Shown: positions 1 to 13,047 of the stretch, one piece after another
Layout: each line of letters starts with the position of its first letter
Numbering within the stretch: position 1 is the stretch's first letter
NCBI GenBank assembly: GCA_964016885.1
Contig: OZ024740.1
Coordinates: 269,514,001-269,578,000, forward strand
Length of the DNA stretch: 64,000 nucleotides
Direction of reading: 5' to 3'
Source of the DNA: Eledone cirrhosa
Taxonomy: Eukaryota
Program-made: the position numbers and the translations under genes
Notes under the pieces: model-generated
Told to the model about the DNA's origin: nothing
What the model saw: the letters and a program-made list of their open reading frames with translations, nothing else
Database searches by the model: none

Positions 1-217
1 CTACTGGGAAGCCAAAAGTTTCATATGCAAAAACCATATAGGCTTTAGCTTATTCTTGTGAGTAAATTCCACTGATTACTGAAATAATTTTGACATGACC
101 ACTGTTTAGGATGTTTATAGCGAGTCTTTTTCTTTTGCATGTTTAGTAAACAAACACATAACATACATGCCTTCGTGTATACCTCTGTTGTGAACCTTGG
201 AATGTTAGTGGTACTGC

Positions 218-434
<217 letters not shown>

Positions 435-605
435 ATTCAGCGAGAATCGTATTTCGGCCGATAGAAAAAGCGAAACGAAACGCAAAATCGTAGAAATGCT
501 GGCAACCGCTCAATAGTTAAAAAAACTACAGGAAAACAATATGTTAAAACGCCATACAAACTGATATCAAAATATTAATAAATGGAGACATTTACATAAT
601 CAAAA

Positions 606-680
606 TATATGTTTTATTATATATATTTCGGAGGTACTGTGCTGTTTTTTCAGTACATCCTCATCAGATAAAATATATGA
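606..680 (-). ncRNA. Type I hammerhead ribozyme motif (canonical core, palindromic stem III)
   Basis: Minus strand: ttttat-CTGATGA-GGA(T)GTACTG-loop-CAGTAC(C)TCC-GAAA-TATATA-TA|ataaaa. Stems I and II pair; stem III is the palindrome ATATATAT; predicted AUA cleavage. Lies in a ~320-bp segment between (TA)n tracts. Confidence 0.8.
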
Positions 681-747
681 ATTGATATAGGACATACCTC
701 AACTGAGTTGATGGTTCAATTTCAGTCTTGGCAGTCATTAACACTTG

Positions 748-795
<48 letters not shown>

Positions 796-831
796 CCATT
801 TGGTATATATATATATATATATATACCAAAT

Positions 832-871
<40 letters not shown>

Positions 872-905
872 GAAAAATCAGTGATGCATCTAGACGCAGT
901 TTATT

Positions 906-997
906 GCGTGTTACAATTGTTTCGCCGCCAGATAGATCGAGACACGATCATTGTATGGATCTGCCTGATTTTATAACTGCGGGTTCTTCGGACACAT
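906..997 (-). ncRNA. Hammerhead-like motif, variant core, long stem II insert
   Basis: Minus strand: tgtgt-CCGAAGA-acccgcag...ctggcggc-GAAA-CAATTG-TA|acacg. 5-bp stem I and palindromic stem III; stem II imperfect. Confidence 0.55.
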
Positions 998-1136
998 GCA
1001 ATGCTTTCGGAGCAAATTTTCTCACTGGGGTGTTAGCTTCAAAAATTATATTATTTCACACTCTGATCTGTAAGAACATAAGAGTGCTCAACTGGCATAC
1101 CGCCTATGGAAGCAGCATAGCTACCATTAAACACAC

Positions 1137-1138
<2 letters not shown>
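938..1138. repeat. ~200-bp dispersed repeat, copy 1 (part of a (TA)n-flanked HHR-bearing element)
   Basis: Near-identical to 4253-4457. Confidence 0.85.
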
Positions 1139-1200
<62 letters not shown>

Positions 1201-1213
1201 TTGTGTGTGTGTG

Positions 1214-1248
<35 letters not shown>

Positions 1249-1279
1249 AAAGAATAGAGGTGTAACACACAAGTTATTA

Positions 1280-1504
1280 TATATTGGTAAACGGAATAGA
1301 AAATGCTGACAAATTGTTCACAGTTGAAAAATGGTTTAATTAGGAATAAAAGAGTATTAGTAATTGTATGGGTTAGTATTCGAACCCACAACATACACAC
1401 GTCAACATACATACCTACATCAGCACACATCTCTACCCACATATAAACACAATGACATACGTAAATACACATGCTCTATGGTGCAACACAAAAAAATATA
1501 TGTG

Positions 1505-1542
<38 letters not shown>

Positions 1543-1922
1543 AAATATATGTCTGTGTATATATGTATAGTGAATATCATTTCACACCTTTTATTGTTAA
1601 GATTTTTGATGTTCTATTAAGAGAACCGATTTTACTGAAAAAATCGAATAATGTACACCATTTTACCAGGGGGGAGGAAACAAATACTGGTCCACCCACA
1701 CACACACACACACACACACGCACACACACACACATATATATACACACACACATACACACGCGTACATCAACATACAAAGAGACTTATATATACACACACA
1801 CACACACACGCACTTCTCCGTATAAGACAAAAGCTGAAAAATATCTTTTGACATGCTAAAATACCCCCATTGCTTTCAGACACATTCTTACTGACCATCC
1901 CTACCACCACGAATTACCCTGC

Positions 1923-1965
<43 letters not shown>

Positions 1966-2037
1966 ATCTTAATAGCCATTTGACACACATCGCTGCTAAC
2001 CATTATCACAACATCGAACACCTTACTACTACTACTA

Positions 2038-2109
<72 letters not shown>

Positions 2110-2506
2110 TTGTTGTGAAAGAGTCATTTCTCAATCTTGGCGCAAAACCAATTTTTTATTCACATGACCTCTACCGACCAATCAAAATTGTTTTGACCAC
2201 AAGAATTTTTGCTGGAGCCACTTTTTTAACATAAAAACAGTCTTGGCGCAAAATCAATTTTTTACATTCACATGACCTCTACCGACCAATCAAAATTGTT
2301 TTGACCACAAGAACTTTTGCAAATTGGAGCCACTTTTTTAACATAAAAACAGGTAGAATTCCCAAAACTAATCAGATCAGAGCAAACAGCACGGACAGTC
2401 TATCACTAATACTCTTTCACTAACACTCTATCACTAATACTCTTTTATTCCTAATTAAACCATTTTTCAACTGTGAACAATTTGTCAGCATTTTCTATTG
2501 CGTTTA

Positions 2507-2514
<8 letters not shown>
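1280..2514. mobile_element. (TA)n-flanked ~1.2-kb segment with ~80-bp inverted termini
   Basis: 1280-1361 is the reverse complement of 2433-2514 with about 1 mismatch. Contains an internal ~107-bp tandem duplication at 2135-2351. Confidence 0.55.
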
Positions 2515-2581
<67 letters not shown>

Positions 2582-3342
2582 ATGTATATATAATTATTTG
2601 TCTTTCTGAATGTTTGTCTTTTCCTTATGCGCTCTCAAACAGCGCGACCAAATCAAATCAAATTTTACAAGGTAATAGTATTTGACCCTAGGATTAACAA
2701 GATGCTATTTTTATTTACATTTGGATTAAAACAATATAACTTTTTATCTAAAATAATCTACTATAGACTATACGTAAACGGACATTTACGTATAGTCTAT
2801 CGTGCATATGAGTGTGAATGTGTCTACGTTAGGCCTTAGTAAGTTACATACACACATATTCACGTGAATATTTAATCAGTTACACAGAGAATTAAACACA
2901 CACACATCTACATATGGATATACACATGAGATGAGTAACAAGTATATGTGTGTGAGTGTCAGGTTGAATTTAAGAGGCTTCAGTTTCCAGTGAAACTAAG
3001 TTGTGTTATTTCAATTAAGAAATCTTAGGGTCAATCCCTGAAGGTAGTTGGACTTGATCTCTCTTCTATATGTTTCTCCCACAGTCAACTCTGTGTTGAT
3101 TTCTCACGAGCTAGAAGCAGCAACAATTTATTCGTTTTGATACATACAAAAAAATACGCAAATGAATATTGTTTACCGTGAGGTGCTTCAAGATTGACAG
3201 ATTTTCATTTCTAAGTTCTATTATCATTACATTTTTGACATGTTTAAATGCTTATGAGAAAAAATATATATCTTCATATTTATTGTTGGCTAATCTGAAT
3301 AGGAAGATCTGTAACACGGGTAATGTCGTGTCATTCAGCTAG

Positions 3343-3424
<82 letters not shown>

Positions 3425-3519
3425 TTATGTATTTCCGTAGGAAAGGTAAATGAAAGAAAAGGAAATACCTCTCTATAGTACAGAGCTATTTAATTATATA
3501 ATAAACAACACACTATAAT

Positions 3520-3593
3520 TACTCCATTACCAAAGGTTTCAGGAAAATAGACGATCCAGACAGAAACGTCCAGTACGCTCATCAGATGAAATA
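3520..3593 (-). ncRNA. Degenerate type I hammerhead motif
   Basis: Minus strand: tatttcat-CTGATGA-...tggacg..cgtcta...-GAAA-CC-TTT-GG-TA|atggagta. 8-bp stem I with G-U pairs and GUA site; base of stem II disrupted. Confidence 0.55.
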
Positions 3594-4145
3594 TTTATGT
3601 CATGGATATAAGATTTGAAATAAAATCTATTAAAAATGAAAGTGAGGCTGAAATAAAATAATGGAAAAAATACATGTATACACAGATTCTGATATACATA
3701 CATGCACATTTAGATTTAAAATAAAAATAAAAACACATGCGTGCATCTATCTATACGTACATACATATATACATACGCATACATATACATGCATACGCAT
3801 ACATGCATACACACACACGCACACATATATATACACACACATAAAATACGTACGTTCACATATATACATACATACGTACACGTAAAATAACGTATATAAA
3901 AATATATATATGATAAAATATAATTAATAAATAATAAGAATTATAAATTAGAATAATAAATGAAATTGACGATTAAAAAAACGATACGATGCTAGGCCAG
4001 GACATCACTTTCTTACATTTACAAATATAAAAACACAAATATATACACATACATACACACACATATATAAGTCGTGCATATATAAGATTTTATTATCTTG
4101 GCACTTTTCATTTTCTAATGCATTGTATAATTTTTAAAATTATTT

Positions 4146-4249
<104 letters not shown>

Positions 4250-4252
4250 GTT

Positions 4253-4457
4253 CGAGACATGATCATTGTAGGGATCTGCCTGATTTTATAAAGGCGGGTC
4301 CTTCAGACACATGCAATGCTTTCGGAGCAAATTTTCTCACTGGGGTGTTAGCTTCAAAAATTATATTATATCACACTCTGCTCTGCTCTGTAAGAACATA
4401 GAGTGCTCAACTGGCATATCGCCTATGGAAGCAGCATAGGTACCATTAAACACACGT
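4253..4457. repeat. ~200-bp dispersed repeat, copy 2
   Basis: Matches 938-1138; lies between (CA)n and (TA)n tracts. Confidence 0.85.
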
Positions 4458-4502
4458 ATATATATATATACATATATACATATGTGTGTGTGTGTGTGTA
4501 TA

Positions 4503-4559
<57 letters not shown>

Positions 4560-4564
4560 CATAG

Positions 4565-4595
<31 letters not shown>

Positions 4596-4644
4596 AACAC
4601 ACACACATGTACACACACATGTATATATAAATACACACACATAA

Positions 4645-4945
4645 ATGGGGTCACTCCGTCGGTTACGACGACGAGTGTCCCAGTTGATGCTATCAACGGA
4701 ACAGCCAACTCGTGCACGTGGCCGAGTATTCCACAGACACGCGTACCTTTTACATAGTCCTCAGGGAGGTTCAGTGTGACACAGTATGTGACAAGGCTGG
4801 TCCTTTTTATTAGAGGTACAACTCATTTTTGCCAGTTGAGTGGACTGAAGCAACGGGAAATAAAGTGTTTGCCCAAGAACACAACGCACCGCCGGAAATC
4901 GAACTCACGACCTTTCGACTGTGAGCCGAATACACTAACCACGCA
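4645..4945 (-). mobile_element. tRNA-derived SINE with CORE-like domain (octopus OK/OR-type)
   Basis: Minus strand reads gtggttagtgtattcggctcacagtcgaaaggtcgtGAGTTCGATTTCC (A/B boxes), then gtgttcttgggcaaacacttt (CORE-like). Degraded relatives at ~43150-43445 and ~49295-49590. Family name is from memory. Confidence 0.7.
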
Positions 4946-4999
4946 GTTTCACCCACATGAATACATATATAAACACTCACGTACATACATATTTAGCAG

Positions 5000-5545
5000 G
5001 GTAGTTGAATGAAGGTCGTTAGTTGACAGTGTGGTAAAGTGATGGTATCCTCATTGGATTGTCTTGTCGACATAGACGTGAGGGAAGGTCCCTCGATCTA
5101 TTTACCATCTCTGTATTTACAATATTCCTTCCGTCAGGTCGCCAATTCCAGCAGCATGGATTATAGATGTTATTGAGACACGAGTAACATAATAATGATT
5201 TCAACAGCAGAAATTAGAGATGAAATGTATGTTTATTTTTGATGTAGTACAAACAATGTTTGTTAACTTATATGGTTGAAGTTACAGATAAAAAGAGGTT
5301 ACAAAAGGGAATGTGCCATTGCGCCGGAGAGCCGGCGAGGCTAGGGTGCAATATCTCACCGTTACATTATGCGTGTTACTGGCTCGAAGTTTCTGGTACA
5401 AGAGAGAGATTCTTCAAATCCTCGCGGGGAATTTCTTCCTCAGGGCGCGTAGGGATACATCCTCTTCTACTGGCGCTGATTGGCTGAACTGAGCCAAATC
5501 ACGCACAGAGAATGTATGTGAACCTGCGGAATGTAGGTCACTACA
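5000..5545 (-). mobile_element. Probable gypsy-type LTR with PBS and start of internal region
   Basis: Minus strand begins TGTAGTGACC (5545), contains AATAAA, and has a PBS-like TGGCGACCTG at 5144-5135. No second LTR seen. Confidence 0.4.
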
Positions 5546-5762
5546 CACATATATGTATATATATATATATATCCAAAATTAAATTAAGGGTGTCATGTCC
5601 GTGAGCCATGCGCCATACCCTCTGTAGAATATGCTCAAAGATTCCAATGAATAGATCCGAGCATATTATATCAACTAGGTGTGCTTACACACTTTAAAAA
5701 TTATCCTCTGTGATTGTTTCATATGTTTATTTTATATATATATGTCAATCAATTTCTAGTTG

Positions 5763-5834
<72 letters not shown>

Positions 5835-5900
5835 ATACTCACACACACAATCACACACACATATACACACGCACATGCACACACATATACCTGTACACAG

Positions 5901-5974
<74 letters not shown>

Positions 5975-6049
5975 ACAAATACACACACACACACACTCAT
6001 ATATACAGCCACTTTACTTTGAAACCTTATATTAAAACATGTTTCTCAT

Positions 6050-6760
6050 ACAATTATTTTGTCACTCTCTCCCAAAATATAACCACTCTCTCACTAAAAC
6101 ATACCTTTCTCACCCTCTCCATATACCACTACATGCTACACTCTCTTTCACTAGAGAAACATTCTCCCTCTCTCATTAAACCACCAAACTCTCTCCCCCT
6201 CTCTATATCCGGCTACATATCTCACACTCTCGTTAGACCACCAAATTCTCTCCCCCTCTCTATATCCTACAACATACCTCACTCTCTCACACAATTGCCC
6301 CTCTCTCGATAGACCACCAAATTCTCTTCCTCTCTCTATATCTCACTACATACCCAACTCTCTCTCACAATTGCCCCTCTCACACTAAATCAACACATTC
6401 TCCCCCACACTCTATACCACTACATATCTCACTCCCTCTCAATTCCTCCTCTCACACTAGACAACTAATCTATATCCCTCGCTCTCTATTCCATTTCATA
6501 ACTCACTCTCTTTCACTCTCTTCATTCCCCCTCCTTCACTAAAATAACAAATTCTTTCCCGCTCTCTATATCTCACTACATACAACACCCACTCTCACAA
6601 TTCGCCCTCTCTCAGTAGCCCACCAATTTTTCTCCCCCTCTTTATATTCCGCCATATACCTCACTTACTTTCACTCTCTTAACTCCACCTCTCTTACTAG
6701 GCTAATCAACTGTCACCCCTCTCTATAACCCACTACATACCTCACTCTCTTTCTCTCCCT
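6050..6760. repeat. Degenerate pyrimidine-rich minisatellite (~60-75-bp unit)
   Basis: Recurrent ctagaccaccaaattctctccccctctctatatcc..ctacatacctcactctct motif, about 9 copies. Confidence 0.75.
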
Positions 6761-6905
6761 TAATTGGAGGAGATCTTTATTTTTGCGGTAGTGTGCTTTT
6801 GTTGAATTATTTGACAGGAGTTTAAAATATGTGGTGGTGGTGTGTTGGTGTTGGTAGTGTTGGTGGAGGTTGTTGTGGTGGTAGTGCAGTGTTTGTTTAC
6901 TTTGA

Positions 6906-6906
<1 letters not shown>

Positions 6907-6970
<64 letters not shown>
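6907..6970. repeat. (ATCT)n microsatellite
   Basis: Direct read. Confidence 0.95.
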
Positions 6971-6971
<1 letters not shown>

Positions 6972-7149
6972 ATACTAATGTATACTACTAAAACTCTGTG
7001 ATTGTCTGCTTGTCTGTAATTTAATACAGCCAAAACGGCGGATAATGGGAAGTTGTCCCTGAAATGGGAATACAAATAGAATAAAACAAGTATCGCGTAA
7101 ATCGGAGCACGTGTTCCCAAGATACGGACTTTTCCAACTACCTTCTTAA

Positions 7150-7234
<85 letters not shown>

Positions 7235-7336
7235 ATAGTGGTTATGAGAGAGTAGATTGAAAGAGAGACATAGAGAGGGAGGGAGAGGAGACAGAGAAGG
7301 AGAATGGATGAGAGAGAGCTGGTGTTGTTGTGTGTG

Positions 7337-7367
<31 letters not shown>

Positions 7368-7860
7368 ATGTCTGTAACAAGTGTATATAGATCACAGACG
7401 CCCACACATATATATATATACACACACACATACAATATATATTTATACATTTATATATATATACATACACACACGTATATATATGAGCCTTCCAGTTTCA
7501 TTTCACATTATATACATGTTTGTGAATATTTGAATTATTTAAAAATTATCTTTAAGTGAACATGATTTTAAAAAAAATATATTTTAGTGAACGTGACCCA
7601 ACGGGTAACGGGTGGTCTAGTATACTACTAAAACTTTGTGATTGCTTGCTTGCTTGTCTGTAATGAAATACAGCTAAAAGGGTGCATAATGAGAAAAGAC
7701 TTTGAAAGGAAGTTGCCCCTGAAATGTGAATACAAATAGAATAAAAGTAGTATCGCTTAAATCAGAGCACGTGTTCTCGAGATACGGTGTTTTTCCAGGT
7801 ACCTTCATGAATAGAGAGAAGGATAGAGAGACAAAGATAGTGGTTGTGAGAGTAGATTGA
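6967..7860 (+). mobile_element. Non-autonomous Helitron plus truncated head-to-tail second copy
   Basis: 5' TCTATA(C)TA..TAAAAC. 3' hairpin CGTGACCC-AAC-GGGTAACG followed by CTAG at 7617-7620, then T. A homologous 5' portion restarts at 7621. Confidence 0.7.
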
Positions 7861-9011
7861 AAAAGAACACATGGGGAAGGGGCCTTATTCAACTAGAAAA
7901 CTATTATAAAATAACTACTGCAGGACTACAAAAATATCTAATTAAGAACAAAGGAAAATTAATAGAAATAGCTAGAAAACATGAACAAAATAAAAAAAAT
8001 TGAACCCAGCCTTTAAGGGAACACAATACAGATAAAACAGAATTCAAACTAACAGATAGCTGTTAATAAGATGAAAACAAGCAAGAAACAACAACAGAAG
8101 ATGTAAAAAACTAAAAGTCTAAACTGAAAACAAACCTCCAGAATGCCATGTTAAAAAGATGACAAGGAAAACCTGTACATGGCCAATACTTGACAAAATT
8201 AGAATAGAAAGGAAAGGAAGTAGACAAACAAATCAAACACAACTGGTTACGAAGCACTGGACTGAAAGCTGAAACAGAAGGATTTCTGGTTGCAGCACAA
8301 GACCAAAGCCTCCCAACCAGAAATAATCTGAAATGCATAATGAAAAAGAACATAGTGAGTAAATGCAGAAAATTTAGAAGTGGGGAAGAAACTATTAACC
8401 ACAATATCTCAGGCTGCCCAGTCTTAACCAAAAAGGAATACATTCACAGACATGATAGAGTAGGGACCTACATACATTGGAAATTATGCCAACACTATGG
8501 CTTACCCACAGACAAAAGATATTACAAACACACATCAGAAAAGGAATCGGAGAATGACAGAGCAGCCATTCTTTCAGATTTGCCAATATATACAGATTGA
8601 GTTCGAAGCAAACCGACCAGACATTATAGTCAAAGATTACAAAAAATGTCTCCTGAATGATGAATCAATCCCAACTGATGACAACATTTCTACCAAGGAA
8701 ATAGTGGAACTCTCTAAATATAAAGATCTAGAGATAGAAATAACGTGAATGTGGATGTTGAAGACAGAAACAATACCTATAATTATAGGTACTCTGGGAA
8801 TGGTAAAAAAGTACACAGACAGATAAATAACCCAAACTGCAGGACTCACCAATATATACAACATACAAAAGATAGCACTACTAGGCACCGCACACATATT
8901 ATGAAGTGTACTCTCAATACAATAGAACAAACACCACACTGCACATATCTAAGGCGCACAGAGCTGTGTCTCGGTAATGCAGTGATAACGCGCAAAATAA
9001 TAATAATAATT
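7861..9011 (+). mobile_element. 5'-truncated R4/Dong-clade non-LTR retrotransposon (REL endonuclease), decayed
   Basis: Translated motifs GRGL, ETEGFLVAAQDQSLPTRN, CRKF..ETINHNISGC, RHD, NRPDII..D, SKYKDLEIEI, IPIIIGTLG; several stops and frameshifts; (AAT)n tail at 8996-9011. Confidence 0.85.
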
Positions 9012-9186
9012 GTTTCTACTTTTGGCACAAGGTCAGCAATTACCCAGTGCATTACTGGTACTTTATTTTATCGACCGTAAGGATGAAAGGCAAAGTTGAC
9101 CTTGGTGGGATTTGTACTCAGAATGGCAAGGACCGTAACTCTATGCGTCAAAGCATGGCGTCCGACCCTCTACCGATACTTCCCGA
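9010..9186 (-). mobile_element. MetaSINE-type tRNA SINE, (AAT)n on both sides
   Basis: Core ctttgcctttcatcc..gtcgataaaataaagtaccagt. Antiparallel inside the R4 element's (AAT)n tail. Confidence 0.85.
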
Positions 9187-10679
9187 AATAATAATAATAA
9201 TAATGATAATAATAATAATATTTAACTTCCAATTAATTACAAATGTAACATGTTCATTAATAAGCTATCGAGACCTTTATTTAGCGTCGCCAAACACCAT
9301 TGAGTATAGATAAGAGAGAGAAACTTCTTTTTGGAAAACAATATCTTTGATAAATCATATCTTAATATCTGCTAAGAAAACAAATGACTTTTATTTGTTC
9401 ATGTTACTGCAATGTTTAATTTAACAAGAATATCGCGACGCATTCATGGTACCCTATATTGTTTCTGTTTATATTTATCAAAACAAGAAGCTAATTTCCG
9501 TTGTTCATATTACGTAATATAATGCATGTATTTAAAAATCATGAGATACGCTAACATTTTATCAAGAAGCATTCAGTCGTTGACATTTTCACTTTTAGAC
9601 GGAGTTAAGCTATTTGAATTTCCAATCATCTACTCATTTCAGATTTTATCATTATTTAAGGGCAAGGAAAGGAGGAAATAATCGAGTTATTGTCGTGTAG
9701 ATTGGAGGCCTAACGTTTTGAGGGGAGTTAGGACATTAAGAAAGTGTATAGTGCTATAGATAGAACTGAAGGCACTTGCCTAGTTTCCGATCCAAGCAAC
9801 AATGTCAGCAAATTCTTTCTTTTCCTTAATCTCAAACGAAAGCCAAGACAGGCGACATTAACTCTTACCCTCCTCACGATAAATGAATTCGTCAAACTTC
9901 TAAAACCGATGATATAACATTTCTGCAATAGTATTACCGCAAGAAGAAACATCCATAACATTACACAAGAACCTGTTATGTATTAACAATTTTCTGTCAA
10001 GTTAAAATTATACATTATATTAAGCTTTTTTTATACCTTTGTTCAAATGTACTTCATAGTTATATTTTTTCTTTAACATTTTAGTTCTGAATATAATGAA
10101 TGAATTCTTAAATAAAATTAAATTACCATATTTCCTTCAAGTGCAATAAAAGAAAAAAAAACACTTATTGTAAATTGCATTATTATGAGATTTCTCATTT
10201 GCGTTTTTAAACATAAATATTTTTCATGGTTAGTATTATATCAAACCAGGAAGAATGTAAAAACGTTAATAAGATCAATTCTTCAAAGAAAATTGGATTG
10301 ACAGTAATTGCAAAACTCTACACAATAATAAATCTGTTTTTATTTCAAAATTGAGGTTGTTACTCTTTGAGTGAGAGAAAATAAATGTTTCTCATAGCAA
10401 TTGTCAGAAAATTGATATCATGTCGACACTACGTTTCGGAATTGATTTACAATTATGTTTAGTAATATTTTATGTTCCAGTAAATAAATTCGAACATATA
10501 TAACTGAAATTATTTTCAAACGATATTCCTGAAATATTAAAGATATAAATGTCGATCATATGTCGCTAGAATAAAAATCAAATCAACCTGTATTTATATA
10601 TGTATATTTCCAAATATATATTTAGTATAAAACGAGTGGGCCTTATAAAAGAGTTGAACATAGTGCACTCACAAACAAA

Positions 10680-10715
<36 letters not shown>

Positions 10716-10756
10716 TACATACATACATACATACATACGGACATATATACATACAT

Positions 10757-11525
10757 GTGATTATTGGGGCACTGGGATATGATAGTAACTGTCTCAATAC
10801 AAATCTTGAGAAGCTGGGTTTCACAGAAACAGAGAGAACACAAGTAGTTAGGAAATTACAAATTATAAAACCATAAGAACATGCATACTACAAGTACAAT
10901 CCATTAATGGGACTTTAAAAATATGTAAAACATTCTAAATATTCTGGATGTAGTAAAACTATGTAAAACATTTCCAAAATTCTGCATCTAATAACTGCAT
11001 ATACACTTGTACAGATACAAAGCTTATGCACATGCACACATAACTCAAAAGATACGCATCCACATATGCAATGACATCCATACCTGCACACACATGCATG
11101 CAGACAAGCATATATATCTACCTAGTAGTTGACGTTGTGTAAATTCCAATGATAGAGTCTTGAATCTATGTTAGAAACCGACTCACTCTCTATTGGCAAA
11201 CATTTATGAAATTATATAACCATAAGAACATGCATACTACAAGTACAATCCATTAATGGGACTTTAAAAATATGTAAAACATTCTAAATATTCTGAATGT
11301 AGTAACTGCAAAGCATACACATAACTCAAAGCATACAGATCCATAAATGCAATAAGATCCAAACCGGTACCCACTCACACGTGCACAAATACGCACGCAT
11401 GCAGACATGAAGACATATTTATCTAGTTTATGTCTAAATTCCAATGTAAAAGTCTTGCGTCTATTTTAGAAACCGTCCCTCTTTCTCTATACGTAAAAAA
11501 TTATGATATAATGAAACCAGAAGAC
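10757..11525 (+). mobile_element. Stacked 3'-end fragments of the R4/Dong family seen at 55887-56974
   Basis: Homologous to 56588-56974 (IIGALG coding region plus 3' UTR); (CATA)n on both sides. Confidence 0.85.
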
Positions 11526-11809
11526 CATACATACATACATACATGGCCAATTACGCAATGGGGTCGTAGTTGCTGCAGATAACAATGATTTTTATTATAC
11601 AGAAACTATGTAATATGACGGCTGTAGTTTGATAACGTCTGTCTTCCCCGTACAGTGTGAGGGATACATAATTATCTAGTTGGCGTTGCCTAAATTCCAG
11701 TGAAGGAGTCTTGTTTTGTGTTAGATAGAAACGGGCTTTCTTTCTTTCTATTGTTGATAATTTGGAAAAGTAAAACCAGAACGTTTGTACATATATTATT
11801 TATAGAATT

Positions 11810-12110
11810 GGTTAACTTTGCCTTTCATCCTTACGGGGGTCGATAAAATAAAGTACCAGTAATGCACTGGGTAATTGCTGGCCTTGTGCCAAAAGTAGAA
11901 ACAATTATTTATAGAATTGGCGATGGATTGGCAGTATCGGTAGATCGTCAGACACCATGCTTTGTAGCTTAGAGTTATGGCTCTTTGCAATGTGAGTTCA
12001 AATCCCCCGAAGTTAACTTTGCTGTTCATCATTTTGGGGTCGGTAAAATAAAGTACCAGTAATACACTGGGGTAATTGCTGGCCTTGTGCCCAAAGTAGA
12101 AACAATTATT
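11810..12110 (+). mobile_element. Two tandem MetaSINE-type copies (partial + full)
   Basis: A box TGGCAGTATCGG, B box GAGTTCAAATCC, Meta-like core, end ...gtagaaacaattatt. ttatttatagaa recurs at the junctions. Confidence 0.85.
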
Positions 12111-12384
12111 TATAGAAAGCTGTATCAGAGTAAGTTGCTATTTAAGTTTCGTGTTTCTGTTTCATAAGTTGAATGGTTATATCCCCACGTGAGTTGTATT
12201 TATGCATGCATGGTCCCGTAACTCCTGTTGGAATGGTAGGGTACTGTATTGACACACAGCGTTTCTTGGGCTTTTTAAAAACCTGGTGGAGCCCAATTCT
12301 CTCCAGACCTGAATACAGCAGATTTCTTTCAGACAAGGATAGAGAGAGTGAGAGAATGGAAGTTAGAAAGGGATATAAAGGAAG

Positions 12385-12540
12385 AATCGACCCTATTACT
12401 AGACTGGTACTTTTATATCGACTATGAATGGATGAAATACAAAGTTGATCTCGGCGGGGATTGGAATCAAAGATCAGAAAGCCGAAACAAATACCATAAG
12501 TCATTCTATCTGACGCTCTAACGATTCTGCCAAATTGCTG
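12385..12540 (-). mobile_element. Diverged MetaSINE-type copy
   Basis: ctggtactt..tatcgac..gatgaaa..caaagttgatctcggcgggattggaatc. Confidence 0.65.
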
Positions 12541-12848
12541 TCTAAGCTGTATTTATTTAAGCGGTATTTCCCTCGTAAAAGCAGAGAAACATTTCTTTCA
12601 CGCATATCCTGAAAACAATATTATTGGTTTCATCCTGAGTTCTTGGGTCAATTACGCTTGATCTAACATGACCACCTGAATCTGTAGTTAGTTTAGCACA
12701 ATTTTATTTAGGAAGAATTCAAGTATCCAAACCAGATCTCTAGTTTGAGAATAATTTCCTGCATTCTTCTCACCAATCTCAGGCCCTGACAAAAAATATA
12801 TGAATCTGAGTGCTGCACTACTCGTCCTATCTAAGCAGTGGAAGAAGG

Positions 12849-13047
12849 TATGAGGGTCGAGTGAAAAGTTCATAGGTTGACTATGAAGGAATGATGCAAG
12901 AATTGTGAAATCTTGCATGCATTAATTTCAACTCTTCTTATTAATAAACGCATTGTTTCCTTTCAGGGAATATGTTGAAAAATAAACCTCATTTGGTTAC
13001 TCTATGAGTGTCTTAGTCAACCAATAATTTTTCAGCGGACCCTCGTA
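12849..13047. mobile_element. Mariner-derived MITE
   Basis: TA-TGAGGGTCGAGTGAAAAG ... TTTTCAGCGGACCCTCG-TA; imperfect terminal inverted repeats with TA target duplication. Confidence 0.75.

Noticed and set aside
9728-9973. Minus-strand ORF with signal-peptide-like start and possible splice sites
   Set aside because: No recognisable family or partner exons; hydrophobic peptides arise readily from AT-rich DNA.
11918-12010. tRNA gene suggested by A and B boxes
   Set aside because: SINE head with expanded A-B spacing, no cloverleaf, continuing into the SINE core.
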